A stretch of 64,000 nt of DNA from Candidatus Latescibacterota bacterium. Its GTDB lineage: Bacteria; Latescibacterota; UBA2968. The notes under the pieces were generated by a model that ran no database searches, was not told where the DNA came from, and saw only the letters and a program-made list of their open reading frames with translations. Both the position numbers and the translations under genes were made by a program. Location: the NCBI GenBank assembly GCA_965116885.1, contig OZ220741.1, forward strand, positions 4,704,001 to 4,768,000, read 5' to 3'. Shown here piece after piece: positions 9,992 to 19,113 of the stretch (position 1 is its first letter; each line of letters begins with the position of its first letter).

Positions 9992-10969
9992 ATGCAAAAA
10001 ATATTCATCGCTCTTGCCCTCGCCCTCATCACCCTGTCCTGTGCGAGTACAGACAAGACACAGGTGCAATTCATTCTCGACTGGAAAGCGCAGATGGAAC
10101 ACGCGGGATTTTTTGTCGCTAAACAAAAGGGCTTTTATGAACAAGAGGGACTTGAGGTCGAAATCCTCGAAGGCAGTGGTGCCCCCACTGCGGCCCGCGT
10201 CGTGGGCAATGGCACCTACAAACTCGGCGTAGCCAGCGGATCGGCAACTGTTATGGCGAGGGTGCGCAACATTCCCATTGTATCGCTCGCCGTAATCAAT
10301 CAGCAAACCCCGGTAGTCGTTTATTCACTCGTAGAAAAAAATATCACGACACCGCAGGACCTGATCGGCAAAAGCATTGGCGTCAATATCGGCGGCACGA
10401 AACACCGCGAATTTCAAGCCTTCTTGCGCCACCAGAATATCTCCGAAGAAGACATACAACTCATGGGCATGAGCGAAGCCAGCCCGGCACCACTTCTTGC
10501 AGGTCAAGTCGATGCCATGCTCGGATATACCGAAGACCAACCCGTCACAGTCGAACTCCAGGGCCACGCGGTCAATCGCCTCGCCCTATCGGATTACGGC
10601 ATCGATGTATATAGCACCAACATTATTGCCAACGAATCTTTTCTCAAAGAAAATCCCGACCTGATCAAACGCTTTTTGCGGGCGAGCCTGCGCGGATGGC
10701 AACACGCCGTCGATCATCCCGAAGATGCGGTCGCAGCCTACATGGCCGCGCGTCCCGAAAGCGACGAGGCCTTCAATCGCGCCAATTTCAAATATCTGAT
10801 CCCCCTATTGCAGAGTGCCGACACACAACAACAGGGCCTGGGCGCCCAAACTGAAGCAAAGTGGCAACAAACACAGGATATCCTCCACAGCCTGGACATG
10901 ATCGACCAAAAAGTCGATCTCAACCTGATCTTCACCACGGAATTTATGCCTGAAATCAGTAGTCAGTGA
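9992..10969 (+). CDS. ABC substrate-binding lipoprotein (NMT1/THI5/SsuA-like)
   Basis: Lipobox LITLSC; LDW...HAGFFVAKQKGFYEQEGLEV; RFLRASLRGW; AAGGAG before ATG 9992. Confidence 0.9.
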   Translation: MQKIFIALALALITLSCASTDKTQVQFILDWKAQMEHAGFFVAKQKGFYEQEGLEVEILEGSGAPTAARVVGNGTYKLGVASGSATVMARVRNIPIVSLAVINQQTPVVVYSLVEKNITTPQDLIGKSIGVNIGGTKHREFQAFLRHQNISEEDIQLMGMSEASPAPLLAGQVDAMLGYTEDQPVTVELQGHAVNRLALSDYGIDVYSTNIIANESFLKENPDLIKRFLRASLRGWQHAVDHPEDAVAAYMAARPESDEAFNRANFKYLIPLLQSADTQQQGLGAQTEAKWQQTQDILHSLDMIDQKVDLNLIFTTEFMPEISSQ

Positions 10970-10975
10970 TCAGTA

Positions 10976-11004
10976 GTAGGGGCGGTGCCCCTGTGCCCGC
11001 CCGT
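10976..11004 (+). repeat. GTAG-type REP-like palindrome, copy 1
   Basis: GTAGGGGCGGTGCCCCTGTGCCCGCCCGT; identical inverted copy at 33244-33272. Confidence 0.8.
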
Positions 11005-11044
11005 GCTTCGTTGTACTGAGCGTAGTAGAGAAACGGATTAATTA

Positions 11045-12433
11045 CTAAAATTCAGATGGTCGTCGCACACCAACCGCCTGCTCATAAGCATAAGCCAGGC
11101 GCAAAATCCGAGCCTCGTCATAAGGCTTGCCAATAATCTGCAAGCCAATAGGCAAAGCTTCATCGGACCAGCCACACGGAATCGACACCGCGCATAAACC
11201 CAAAAAATTGACCAGCCGCGTCGTCAACCTGACGGGCGCAGCATCGACATCTGCGATACGCGGTGCAACCGTCAACATCGTCGGACAAATCACGGCATCC
11301 ACATCTCGCAGGGTCTCGCGGGCCGAGATCCGCAACTCTTCGCGCCGCTGTAAAACCCTTGCATAATCTGGCGCAGAAAAAGACGCACCATGTGCTATCC
11401 GCGCGCGAATGCGCGGATCCATCATCTCACCATGCTCTGCTATAAAATCCCCATGGCATGCATACCCCTCCACGCACATAATCATCGAACTGCCGCGCCC
11501 CTCGAGTTCTTCGTCTAACTCTTCCCGCGCCTCGGGGAATTGCATTTCCACCACATCGACTCCCAATTCACACAAAACCCCTGCCGCGGCTTCTACCGAA
11601 GCGATAACCACACCATCTGCCCCATCGCAAAACGGATCGCGCACAAACCCGACGCGCAAGCCCTTCACATCTCGCTTTAACCCGCGGACCACATCCACCA
11701 ATGGCTGATTTAACGTCACCGGATCAGCCGCATCAGGCCCCGCGATCGCTTCAAACACCAGCGCGGTATCTTCCACAGACCGCGTTAAAGGTCCCATGCT
11801 ATCCAGTGTCCAAGAAAGCGGCATTGCACCTGCACGGCTCACCCGCTCCAACGTGGGCTTGAGCCCCACAACACCGCAAAACGACGCCGGGATCCGAATA
11901 GAACCGCCCGTATCTGTACCCATCGCAACAGACACCAACCCCGCCGCCACAGCCACCCCCGACCCACTGCTCGATCCTCCCGGTACGCGTTCTGATCCCC
12001 ATGGATTAGGCGGCGTACCGTAATGGGGATTCAAACCATAAGGCCCAAACGCGAGTTCCACCATATTGGTCTTGCCCATCAGCACGGCACCAGCCTGCGA
12101 AAGACGCTTTGCGACAGTTGCCGAATCCTCTGGCACATAAGTATCCCATACTTTTGCCCCTGAAGTCGTGCGAATACCCGCCGTGTGAAACAGATCTTTA
12201 AGCGCGATTGGAATGCCGTGCAAAGGTCCCAGATCCGATCCCGACCGCAACATCACCTCCGCCGCCTGTGCCTCGGCGCGAGCGCGTTCTGCCGTAACTG
12301 TAATAAACGCCTTTGTCTGACCACCGTAATCTTCAATCCGATTGAGCAACGCATCCACCACCTCAACCGGCGACACATCGCCCGCCCGATAGCGCGCGCC
12401 CAGTTCCGATAGGGTTGCAAAATGCATATCCAC
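11045..12433 (-). CDS. Amidase signature family enzyme (GatA/AtzE-like)
   Basis: GPLHGIPIALKD, PGGSSSGSG, GTDTGGSIRIPASFCG; probable GTG start at 12433 (or ATG 12427). Confidence 0.92.
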   Translation of the reverse strand: MDMHFATLSELGARYRAGDVSPVEVVDALLNRIEDYGGQTKAFITVTAERARAEAQAAEVMLRSGSDLGPLHGIPIALKDLFHTAGIRTTSGAKVWDTYVPEDSATVAKRLSQAGAVLMGKTNMVELAFGPYGLNPHYGTPPNPWGSERVPGGSSSGSGVAVAAGLVSVAMGTDTGGSIRIPASFCGVVGLKPTLERVSRAGAMPLSWTLDSMGPLTRSVEDTALVFEAIAGPDAADPVTLNQPLVDVVRGLKRDVKGLRVGFVRDPFCDGADGVVIASVEAAAGVLCELGVDVVEMQFPEAREELDEELEGRGSSMIMCVEGYACHGDFIAEHGEMMDPRIRARIAHGASFSAPDYARVLQRREELRISARETLRDVDAVICPTMLTVAPRIADVDAAPVRLTTRLVNFLGLCAVSIPCGWSDEALPIGLQIIGKPYDEARILRLAYAYEQAVGVRRPSEF

Positions 12434-12435
12434 AG

Positions 12436-13476
12436 TTAGATATCCTCCCCTGGCGACCACGCCACCCGTCCGGCAATCAGGTCCTCTAACAACACAAGCT
12501 CCCCACCGCGTTCGGCGGATGCATTGGCTCCCAGCACAGCCGCCAGACTGTTCAGCGCATCGCCATAAGAACTCCGCATCAAGGTGCGGTCTCCCTTCCG
12601 TATCGCACTGACAAATGCCTCTGTCTGAAACGCAAACGCATTGGGACGGCCATCCCACGCCGCGACTTCTTCGCCATTCAACACGACATTTTGCGCTGAC
12701 CACTCGAAAAGCGCGTCATCGGCAACCACCGTCACCTCGCGCCGCGCATAATTCACATTGGTCAACACCCGCGATGTAGTTGCATTGGCAACCACACCGC
12801 TCTTAAATCGATAATTCACATTATAAACATAAGGCAAATTGATCGGATCTGGCCCTTCACCTTCCGCGCGATAAAAATAAAACGCCGACACCGCCTCAAT
12901 ATCGCCGAGAAAAAAACGCAACAAATCGATCAGGTGAATCGTATTTTCCACATACGATCCCCCACACAGGGCCATGCGACTCGTCCAGTATCGGACATGC
13001 CGCCCGCTGTAAAACAACTGTACCTGTGCATGCCGCGAAATTCGCGCTTCGAGCATGGTCTTCAAGTACTCAGCTGAAGGATAATAGCGACTCATAAACC
13101 CCACTTGAGAAACAATACCCGCCCTATCAATCGCCTCGCAAAACGCCACAGCCTGAGCCATATCTAAACTCTGTGGTTTCTCCACAAAAAGAGCGATCCC
13201 CTTCTCCGCAGCGATCAACTCCGCATCCGTATGCAAAGCCGGGGGCAAACACACATAAACCCCGTCCAATTCCTCTTTGTCGAACATCTCGCGGTGATCT
13301 GTGTAAACAGATTTCGCGCCCCACACCTTTGCCTGCTCAGACACAACGCCCTGATCCACATCGCAAAATGCCTGCAATACCACCTCGCCCTTTTCAGCCA
13401 ATTGGGATAGAGCTGGCAAATGTGCTTTCTGTGGAATATGGCCCAATCCAATCATACCTATGCGAATGGGTTGCAT
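12436..13476 (-). CDS. Gfo/Idh/MocA family oxidoreductase
   Basis: IGMIGLGHI Rossmann motif, VEKP motif, ENTIHLID. Confidence 0.9.
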   Translation of the reverse strand: MQPIRIGMIGLGHIPQKAHLPALSQLAEKGEVVLQAFCDVDQGVVSEQAKVWGAKSVYTDHREMFDKEELDGVYVCLPPALHTDAELIAAEKGIALFVEKPQSLDMAQAVAFCEAIDRAGIVSQVGFMSRYYPSAEYLKTMLEARISRHAQVQLFYSGRHVRYWTSRMALCGGSYVENTIHLIDLLRFFLGDIEAVSAFYFYRAEGEGPDPINLPYVYNVNYRFKSGVVANATTSRVLTNVNYARREVTVVADDALFEWSAQNVVLNGEEVAAWDGRPNAFAFQTEAFVSAIRKGDRTLMRSSYGDALNSLAAVLGANASAERGGELVLLEDLIAGRVAWSPGEDI

Positions 13477-13479
13477 ATA

Positions 13480-14376
13480 CTATTCCCCCTCTATCTTTGT
13501 AATCAATTCACGGGACAATTTCTCACCATCCGACACACCCACACAATCCTCCAACTCATCAATATCCGATACCCCGCACAACAACATCGACACCCGATTG
13601 TCCGACAACAAATAGCGCAAAGCTGTGCGCGTCATGGGTTCATCTAAACCTTCAACAATTTTCTCTACCCGAATCAGATTGTCATACAAATCGGCAAACC
13701 GCTCCTGCACCATCCACTGATCCCGTTTTGAACCCAACAACCCCGCGTGCAATGGCGAAGCGCAAATCACAGCAACGCCTTCTTCTGCCGCTGTGGGAAC
13801 CAATTCCTCGGTTGCTTCTCGCGTCAGCAAATCGTACTTGCAAAACGTAATCACCGAAACAAAAACATCGGTCTCTTTGAGCACTCGAGACATCAAATCC
13901 AGATCAGAACCCGTCAATCCAATATAATCACAAATTCCCTGAGACTGTATCTCCAACAACGCCTCTATAGTCCGCCCCGCATCAAACAACCCGGGCCACC
14001 CGGCTTTTTCGGCTTCGTGTACCTGCAAAAGATGCACATGATCGCGCTTCAACCGCTTCAAACTCGCATCGAGACCGCGCCATACTGCATCGCGTGTATA
14101 GTCAAACGGTTCGGGATAATACCCCACCTTTGTCGCCAAATAATACGGCTCTCGCACGCCCGACAGCGCGATGCCCAACACCTCTTCGCTGCGCCCGCGT
14201 CCATAAAGTGGTGCCGTATCAAAATAATTCACCCCCAATTCCAGCGCCCGTTCCACCACCGCCACACCATGCGACACCGGTTTTAGCCCCATCTCGGGGC
14301 GCCCGTAGAACCACGACCCGCCAAGTCCTATCTCACTGACCTTCCATCCCGTTTTACCAAATATCCTGTATTCCAT
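13480..14376 (-). CDS. Aldo/keto reductase
   Basis: GKTGWKVSEIGLG, YFDTAPLYGRGRSEE, LATKVG, SLKRL. Confidence 0.92.
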   Translation of the reverse strand: MEYRIFGKTGWKVSEIGLGGSWFYGRPEMGLKPVSHGVAVVERALELGVNYFDTAPLYGRGRSEEVLGIALSGVREPYYLATKVGYYPEPFDYTRDAVWRGLDASLKRLKRDHVHLLQVHEAEKAGWPGLFDAGRTIEALLEIQSQGICDYIGLTGSDLDLMSRVLKETDVFVSVITFCKYDLLTREATEELVPTAAEEGVAVICASPLHAGLLGSKRDQWMVQERFADLYDNLIRVEKIVEGLDEPMTRTALRYLLSDNRVSMLLCGVSDIDELEDCVGVSDGEKLSRELITKIEGE

Positions 14377-14424
14377 ATCTTTAGCTTTCAGCAGTCAGCC
14401 CGCTCTGCTCCCAATTTTTAATTT

Positions 14425-15102
14425 TTAATTTTTATACCATCGACTCAATGTGACATCCGACACAGAAAGCTTATAGAGAATACGCAACACCCACATCTCT
14501 ACCACAGTGCGTACAAAGCCCCACTTGCGCCACCGCCGTGTGGAACTGCATACCCGTGCATTGAGCATCACAAATTTGCCCACACGCGCCACATGCGAGC
14601 AAAACTCGGAATCCTCAAACAACTGCAAGGAGGGAAATCCCCCCACATCTTCAAACGTATCGCGCCGGACATAAATACCCTGATCGCCATAAGTAATCCC
14701 CAAATACCGGGATCGCAAAGTACTCAAAAACGCAACCAACCGAAAACCAATCGTCTTCTCCGACAACCCGAGTCGAAACCGCCCGCCCGCCACATTGGGC
14801 ACGCGCAGGGAATCGCGTATCAACATCAAACCATCAAAGGGCAAAAATGTATCGGCGTGCAAAAACAAAAACACATCGCCCTTCGCCCGTTCTGCTCCGG
14901 CATTCATCTGCAGCGCCCGTTCTGCTCTCTCTACCTGAACCCATTGCACCCCACCACGCGCCTCAACCACTTGTTGCGTGCCATCCGTACTCCCACCATC
15001 TACCACTATCAATTCCACATCCTCAACACCGCAAAACTGCGCCAGACACGCGCCGATAACGGCCTCTTCATTTAGAACGGGAATAATCACACTAATCTGC
15101 AC
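14425..15102 (-). CDS. Glycosyltransferase family 2 (TIGR04283-like)
   Basis: ISVIIPVLNEE, VVDGGSTD, RALQMNAGA, LFLHADT, YGDQGI, STRRW. Confidence 0.88.
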   Translation of the reverse strand: MQISVIIPVLNEEAVIGACLAQFCGVEDVELIVVDGGSTDGTQQVVEARGGVQWVQVERAERALQMNAGAERAKGDVFLFLHADTFLPFDGLMLIRDSLRVPNVAGGRFRLGLSEKTIGFRLVAFLSTLRSRYLGITYGDQGIYVRRDTFEDVGGFPSLQLFEDSEFCSHVARVGKFVMLNARVCSSTRRWRKWGFVRTVVEMWVLRILYKLSVSDVTLSRWYKN

Positions 15103-15112
15103 ACCGACTCCA

Positions 15113-15655
15113 CTATTTTTTTATAACATCAAAAAACTGCCGCCCATAACTAATCAGCGAAACAACAAGAAACGCAATACTCAGACCAATCAGCGCGGGT
15201 TTGAGCACATCGGCATCCCACAAATAGGCCAAAAGCAACCCACTCAGCACCAACGTTGTGACCTTGCCCCAAAAATTGGAGGACAACAACACATCGCGTC
15301 GCTTGACCAGATACATCCCCGCAAAAAAAATCACCACATCGCGCAACAAAACGACCACAACCAGCCATACGGGTAAATCTTTGAACACAACCATGGCAAT
15401 TGTAATCGCCCCAACAGCTACCTTATCGGCCAGAGGATCGAGAATCTTCCCCCACTGTGAAATTTCACCCCGCCAGCGCGCGAGCCACCCATCTATCCAA
15501 TCGCTGACAATCATCACCACCACCACACCAAATGCTTCCCATACATAATCCGGGCCCAATGAAATAAGCCACACAGTGGGTACGATCAGCACCGCGCGCA
15601 ATAAACTAACGGCATTTGACAGCGTCCAGAAACGATTGCGTTCAGTACTTCCCAT
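15113..15655 (-). CDS. CDP-alcohol phosphatidyltransferase (PgsA/cardiolipin synthase-like)
   Basis: DWIDGWLAR...GKILDPLADK signature; start may be 15655 or 15667. Confidence 0.88.
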   Translation of the reverse strand: MGSTERNRFWTLSNAVSLLRAVLIVPTVWLISLGPDYVWEAFGVVVVMIVSDWIDGWLARWRGEISQWGKILDPLADKVAVGAITIAMVVFKDLPVWLVVVVLLRDVVIFFAGMYLVKRRDVLLSSNFWGKVTTLVLSGLLLAYLWDADVLKPALIGLSIAFLVVSLISYGRQFFDVIKK

Positions 15656-15663
15656 ACAACACC

Positions 15664-16404
15664 TCACGACAACATCAACTTCAGCCCAATTCCCAGCACC
15701 AGAACCAGCACACTGCGATTAAACCACACAGGGGACAACCGCCGGTTCAAAAACAAACCGACCGCAGCCCCCAGGAACAAAGCCGGTAGCATCCACACAT
15801 CCATCACCAAACTCTGGAAATTGATCAATCCCAAAAAAACATAAGGCGTCAACTTCAAAAGATTCAAAGCAATGCCAAAAATCCACGCCGTGCCCACAAA
15901 TGTGCGCCCGACCAGGCCCTGCGGCAACAAATACAACATCAAAATTACGCCCCCCGCAGAAACCAATGTGGAAACCACCCCCAAAGTCACGCCAACGCCA
16001 AAACGCATCCACGGTCCCGGCGGTCGTACATTCACCAACACCCGGTCCCTCATCGCCTGTAGCACTGCAAAAACGCATGCCAGAGCGCCTAACATGCGCC
16101 GAAACCAGACCTCTGGCACAATATCCAGAATACCCGCACCAATCAAAATACCCAGCACCATGCCGGGCATCAATGCCTTGACATGGTCTCCAACCCAATG
16201 CCCCCAGTAGTACCGCGCACTGATCACATCGGTCGCCAACGACAGCGGCAAAACAAGACCCAATGCGGACTTCGCAGGCACGGCAAGCGCGAGAACCGGC
16301 ACAGCCACCACACCAATGCCACCGCCAAATCCCGCGCGCATCACGCCAATCAAAAAACCGCCAACCCCCAACACGACAAAATCAATTATATCCAAAAAAT
16401 CCAC
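15664..16404 (-). CDS. Sulfite exporter TauE/SafE family permease
   Basis: Two-fold repeated GFGGG / SAGG motifs, NLLKLTPY, about 8 TM segments. Confidence 0.85.
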   Translation of the reverse strand: MDFLDIIDFVVLGVGGFLIGVMRAGFGGGIGVVAVPVLALAVPAKSALGLVLPLSLATDVISARYYWGHWVGDHVKALMPGMVLGILIGAGILDIVPEVWFRRMLGALACVFAVLQAMRDRVLVNVRPPGPWMRFGVGVTLGVVSTLVSAGGVILMLYLLPQGLVGRTFVGTAWIFGIALNLLKLTPYVFLGLINFQSLVMDVWMLPALFLGAAVGLFLNRRLSPVWFNRSVLVLVLGIGLKLMLS

Positions 16405-16409
16405 CTATT

Positions 16410-17225
16410 TTAGCCATCAACTGTTCCCTTCGCCTCCCCTCTCCATATCTCAAACGCATTCGCCGCAGGCCCCACCAGAAACAGCGCGTAAAACGGCGCG
16501 TAAATCGCTTCATTCAAGCGCAAAATCATCTCGACAAAAGCCACCAGAAACGCGACAAAACACTGCCCTTTTCGCGTCAACACAGTCGTTCGGGGATCTG
16601 TAATCATAAAAAAAATAAACAACTGATACATCGGCCCTGTAATCGGCGCAATACTCGTCAAATACGCCTGCCCGGTAAACGTGCAACGGATGAGAGCAAA
16701 GGCCAAAAATGAAATAACATATACCGCGCAGATATGAAACCGTCGCAATCGCCAGAGCGCAGCACTCCCCAGAATCCAGATGATTACCATTGTCCACAGG
16801 GTATTGCCCCACTGGATGCTCAGCCCCGCCACCACTTCAGGGGCGAGAAACAGCATAATACTCACCCCAAAATTGGACGGATTCCACAAATGCCTGCCGC
16901 GCCATCGCAACACATACTTAGATGCAATAGACAACACACTGCACAACACATAAGGCCAAAACAGAGGCGAGCGGATCAAAATGCCCACACTGATCCCGGT
17001 AATATACGCACTGACCAGCCCCGGCCACACACCCCACGTCAACCGCCCCAATGCAAATTCCGTCAGCACGCTACTCAGGATAGCTGTCAGCGTCTGCCCC
17101 AAACTCTCCAAAAAGCCAAAAGTAACCTGTCCCCCAATCAGAATACACGTAATCAATGCCGGCGACAGATAGCGACTTTGCAACCCTGTCCAGACCGACT
17201 TCCAGAACCCACTCGCTCGATCCAT
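16410..17225 (-). CDS. UnbU / RnfD-NqrB-like membrane protein without the FMN-Thr loop
   Basis: SKYVLR..GRHLWNPSNFG and FFMITDPRT resemble RnfD-family NP and FMxTDP motifs; no S/TGAT flavinylation motif; adjacent to UnbV genes. Confidence 0.75.
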   Translation of the reverse strand: MDRASGFWKSVWTGLQSRYLSPALITCILIGGQVTFGFLESLGQTLTAILSSVLTEFALGRLTWGVWPGLVSAYITGISVGILIRSPLFWPYVLCSVLSIASKYVLRWRGRHLWNPSNFGVSIMLFLAPEVVAGLSIQWGNTLWTMVIIWILGSAALWRLRRFHICAVYVISFLAFALIRCTFTGQAYLTSIAPITGPMYQLFIFFMITDPRTTVLTRKGQCFVAFLVAFVEMILRLNEAIYAPFYALFLVGPAANAFEIWRGEAKGTVDG

Positions 17226-17245
17226 TACAATTCTCTCTATACACG

Positions 17246-17337
17246 ACCAATTGTACACTGTTCCGTCTATGAACTGGCCTGAGAGGCGGCCAGTTGTACC
17301 CCGCTCCGTCTATTCGTAGATTCGTCTATTCGTCTAT
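17246..17337. repeat. TGAAC..GTTGTACACC hairpin unit, a degenerate half copy and TTCGTCTA-type heptamer tandems
   Basis: 17269 ATGAAC-TGGCC-TGAGAGGC-GGCCA-GTTGTACCCCGCTCCG, then tctattcg/tagattcg repeats; half copy at 17247-17268. Confidence 0.8.
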
Positions 17338-19113
17338 CCGATGCACCCGCCGCACATCGGGCGCGTAAAACTTATGTACCTGTCCCGACGGCCAGCGTAT
17401 TGCAACGCTATCAACCGTCGCGTCCTCGCCTAACCCAAAATGCAGCGGACGCTGGTTCTGCGCGGCATAGCCGCTACCGCCCAACACCTCCTGCACCTGC
17501 ACCTCGTCATTCCAAAACACCTGCACCCGCGCCCCAATCGCACTGCGATTGCTCTGCTGTCCAACCAGATCAAACCCAATCCAGTTTGCCTCTGTCCGCA
17601 CCGTATTGCGGTATAATAGGAGCGGTCCCCGCTGATTGGCCACCACCACATCCAGCACGCCCCGGTTCCACAAATCTACCAGAACCACAGCCCGCCCGTC
17701 GAATCGATCCCGAACACCCACAGCCTGTGCCACCTCGACAAATTGCCCCACTCCGTCGTTTATCCAAACGCACTTGGTCTGATGACCAGCCAGACTTCTG
17801 CCCCGCATCGGCGGCCAGTTTTTTGCATCTGAAATAATCGCGCTGTGTCCACCCGCCACCTGAGAAAAATCGTACCAGTAACTCCCATTTCCATCTGCCG
17901 AAACATATCCATTGGTCAAAACGAGATCCAGCACCCCATCGTTGTTCAAATCTCCAAACTGCGCGCCAAAACTCCACCCGCCCAGATCCACGCCCATCGC
18001 CCCGGCCAGATTTTCAAACCGCAAGGTCTCGCCTCCCATGGGCACCCACAAATTATTCCCCTGAATCAGAACACCAGCCTGAGAAATATTGGTCTCGTAA
18101 ATTGCCAGATCCCCACGATTCAGCACATCGCCAAATGCGGCATTCATCCCGCTCTTTGGCTGGCGGCCCACCCCCACCTGCTCTCCCATCTCGACAAACC
18201 GTTTTCCTCCCTCATTCACATACAACTCGGAAATCCCATAATCATTGGACAAAAACAGATCGGGAAATCCAGAGCCATTCAAATCCGCTGCGCCCACCGC
18301 CAGTGTCCACCTCCTGCTCGCGATCCCCACCGTCATCGTCACATCTTCAAATGTCCCATCGCCCAAATTCCGCAACAAATACTTTCGCCCCCCATTATTC
18401 GCGTATTCAAAACTCTCCGGCATCATCCGCGTGGACTCTAAATCCCACAAATTCAGGGACTCGGGCCAGTATCCCGCCACAAAAATATCCAGATACCCAT
18501 CGCAGTCGTAATCTATCCAAATCGCACTCCCGGCATTGATCCACCTGGGCAAACCCGCTGTTTCTGTCACGCGCTCAAACCCCTTCCCCTCGCGATTGCG
18601 AAACAACTCGGGACGGCCCCATTTATACAAAAACAAATCTTCGAACCCATCGTTGTCGTAATCCCCCCACACAGACCCCATACTCACACCCGCTCGATTC
18701 ACATCCGCCACGCCCGTTGTCTCAGCCACATCTTCAAAACCCATCCCTCCCAAATTGCGATAAAGCCGATTCAAACTGCCCTTCCGACTACTGGTCACAT
18801 ACAAATCCTGCCAGCCATCCCGGTCGTAATCCACCACCGACACTGCCGCGCCCATCGACGCGATAATCGGCATAATATGATCCAGCTTTGCGTCCAGCAC
18901 AGGCGCTTCATGTACAAAATCGATCCCCACCTGTTTTCCAACTTCCTCCAGGTAGAACCCATATCGTTCAGAGCCAGGGCCACTCACTTCCTCCACTTGC
19001 CATCCCCCCCACTTCATCGCACCCAGCGCCACCAGCAATAGCCCAAAAAACAGCACCACCAGAATCCGCACGACGCGATTGGGACGTCTCTCCTCTATCC
19101 CGCTGTCTTTCAT
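17326..19113 (-). CDS. CRTAC1 / ASPIC-UnbV family protein (FG-GAP beta-propeller), membrane anchored
   Basis: Several DYDxDG repeats; SNRSAIGARV...GSGYAAQNQRPLHFGLG...IRWPSG C-terminal domain; N-terminal TM helix. Confidence 0.9.
   Translation of the reverse strand: MKDSGIEERRPNRVVRILVVLFFGLLLVALGAMKWGGWQVEEVSGPGSERYGFYLEEVGKQVGIDFVHEAPVLDAKLDHIMPIIASMGAAVSVVDYDRDGWQDLYVTSSRKGSLNRLYRNLGGMGFEDVAETTGVADVNRAGVSMGSVWGDYDNDGFEDLFLYKWGRPELFRNREGKGFERVTETAGLPRWINAGSAIWIDYDCDGYLDIFVAGYWPESLNLWDLESTRMMPESFEYANNGGRKYLLRNLGDGTFEDVTMTVGIASRRWTLAVGAADLNGSGFPDLFLSNDYGISELYVNEGGKRFVEMGEQVGVGRQPKSGMNAAFGDVLNRGDLAIYETNISQAGVLIQGNNLWVPMGGETLRFENLAGAMGVDLGGWSFGAQFGDLNNDGVLDLVLTNGYVSADGNGSYWYDFSQVAGGHSAIISDAKNWPPMRGRSLAGHQTKCVWINDGVGQFVEVAQAVGVRDRFDGRAVVLVDLWNRGVLDVVVANQRGPLLLYRNTVRTEANWIGFDLVGQQSNRSAIGARVQVFWNDEVQVQEVLGGSGYAAQNQRPLHFGLGEDATVDSVAIRWPSGQVHKFYAPDVRRVHRIDE

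Noticed and set aside
11045..12433. gatA
   Set aside because: No gatB or gatC adjacent; catabolic context suggests a general amidase.
12434..12703. N-terminal extension of the amidase ORF
   Set aside because: Overlaps the Gfo/Idh/MocA gene; an RBS precedes 12433.
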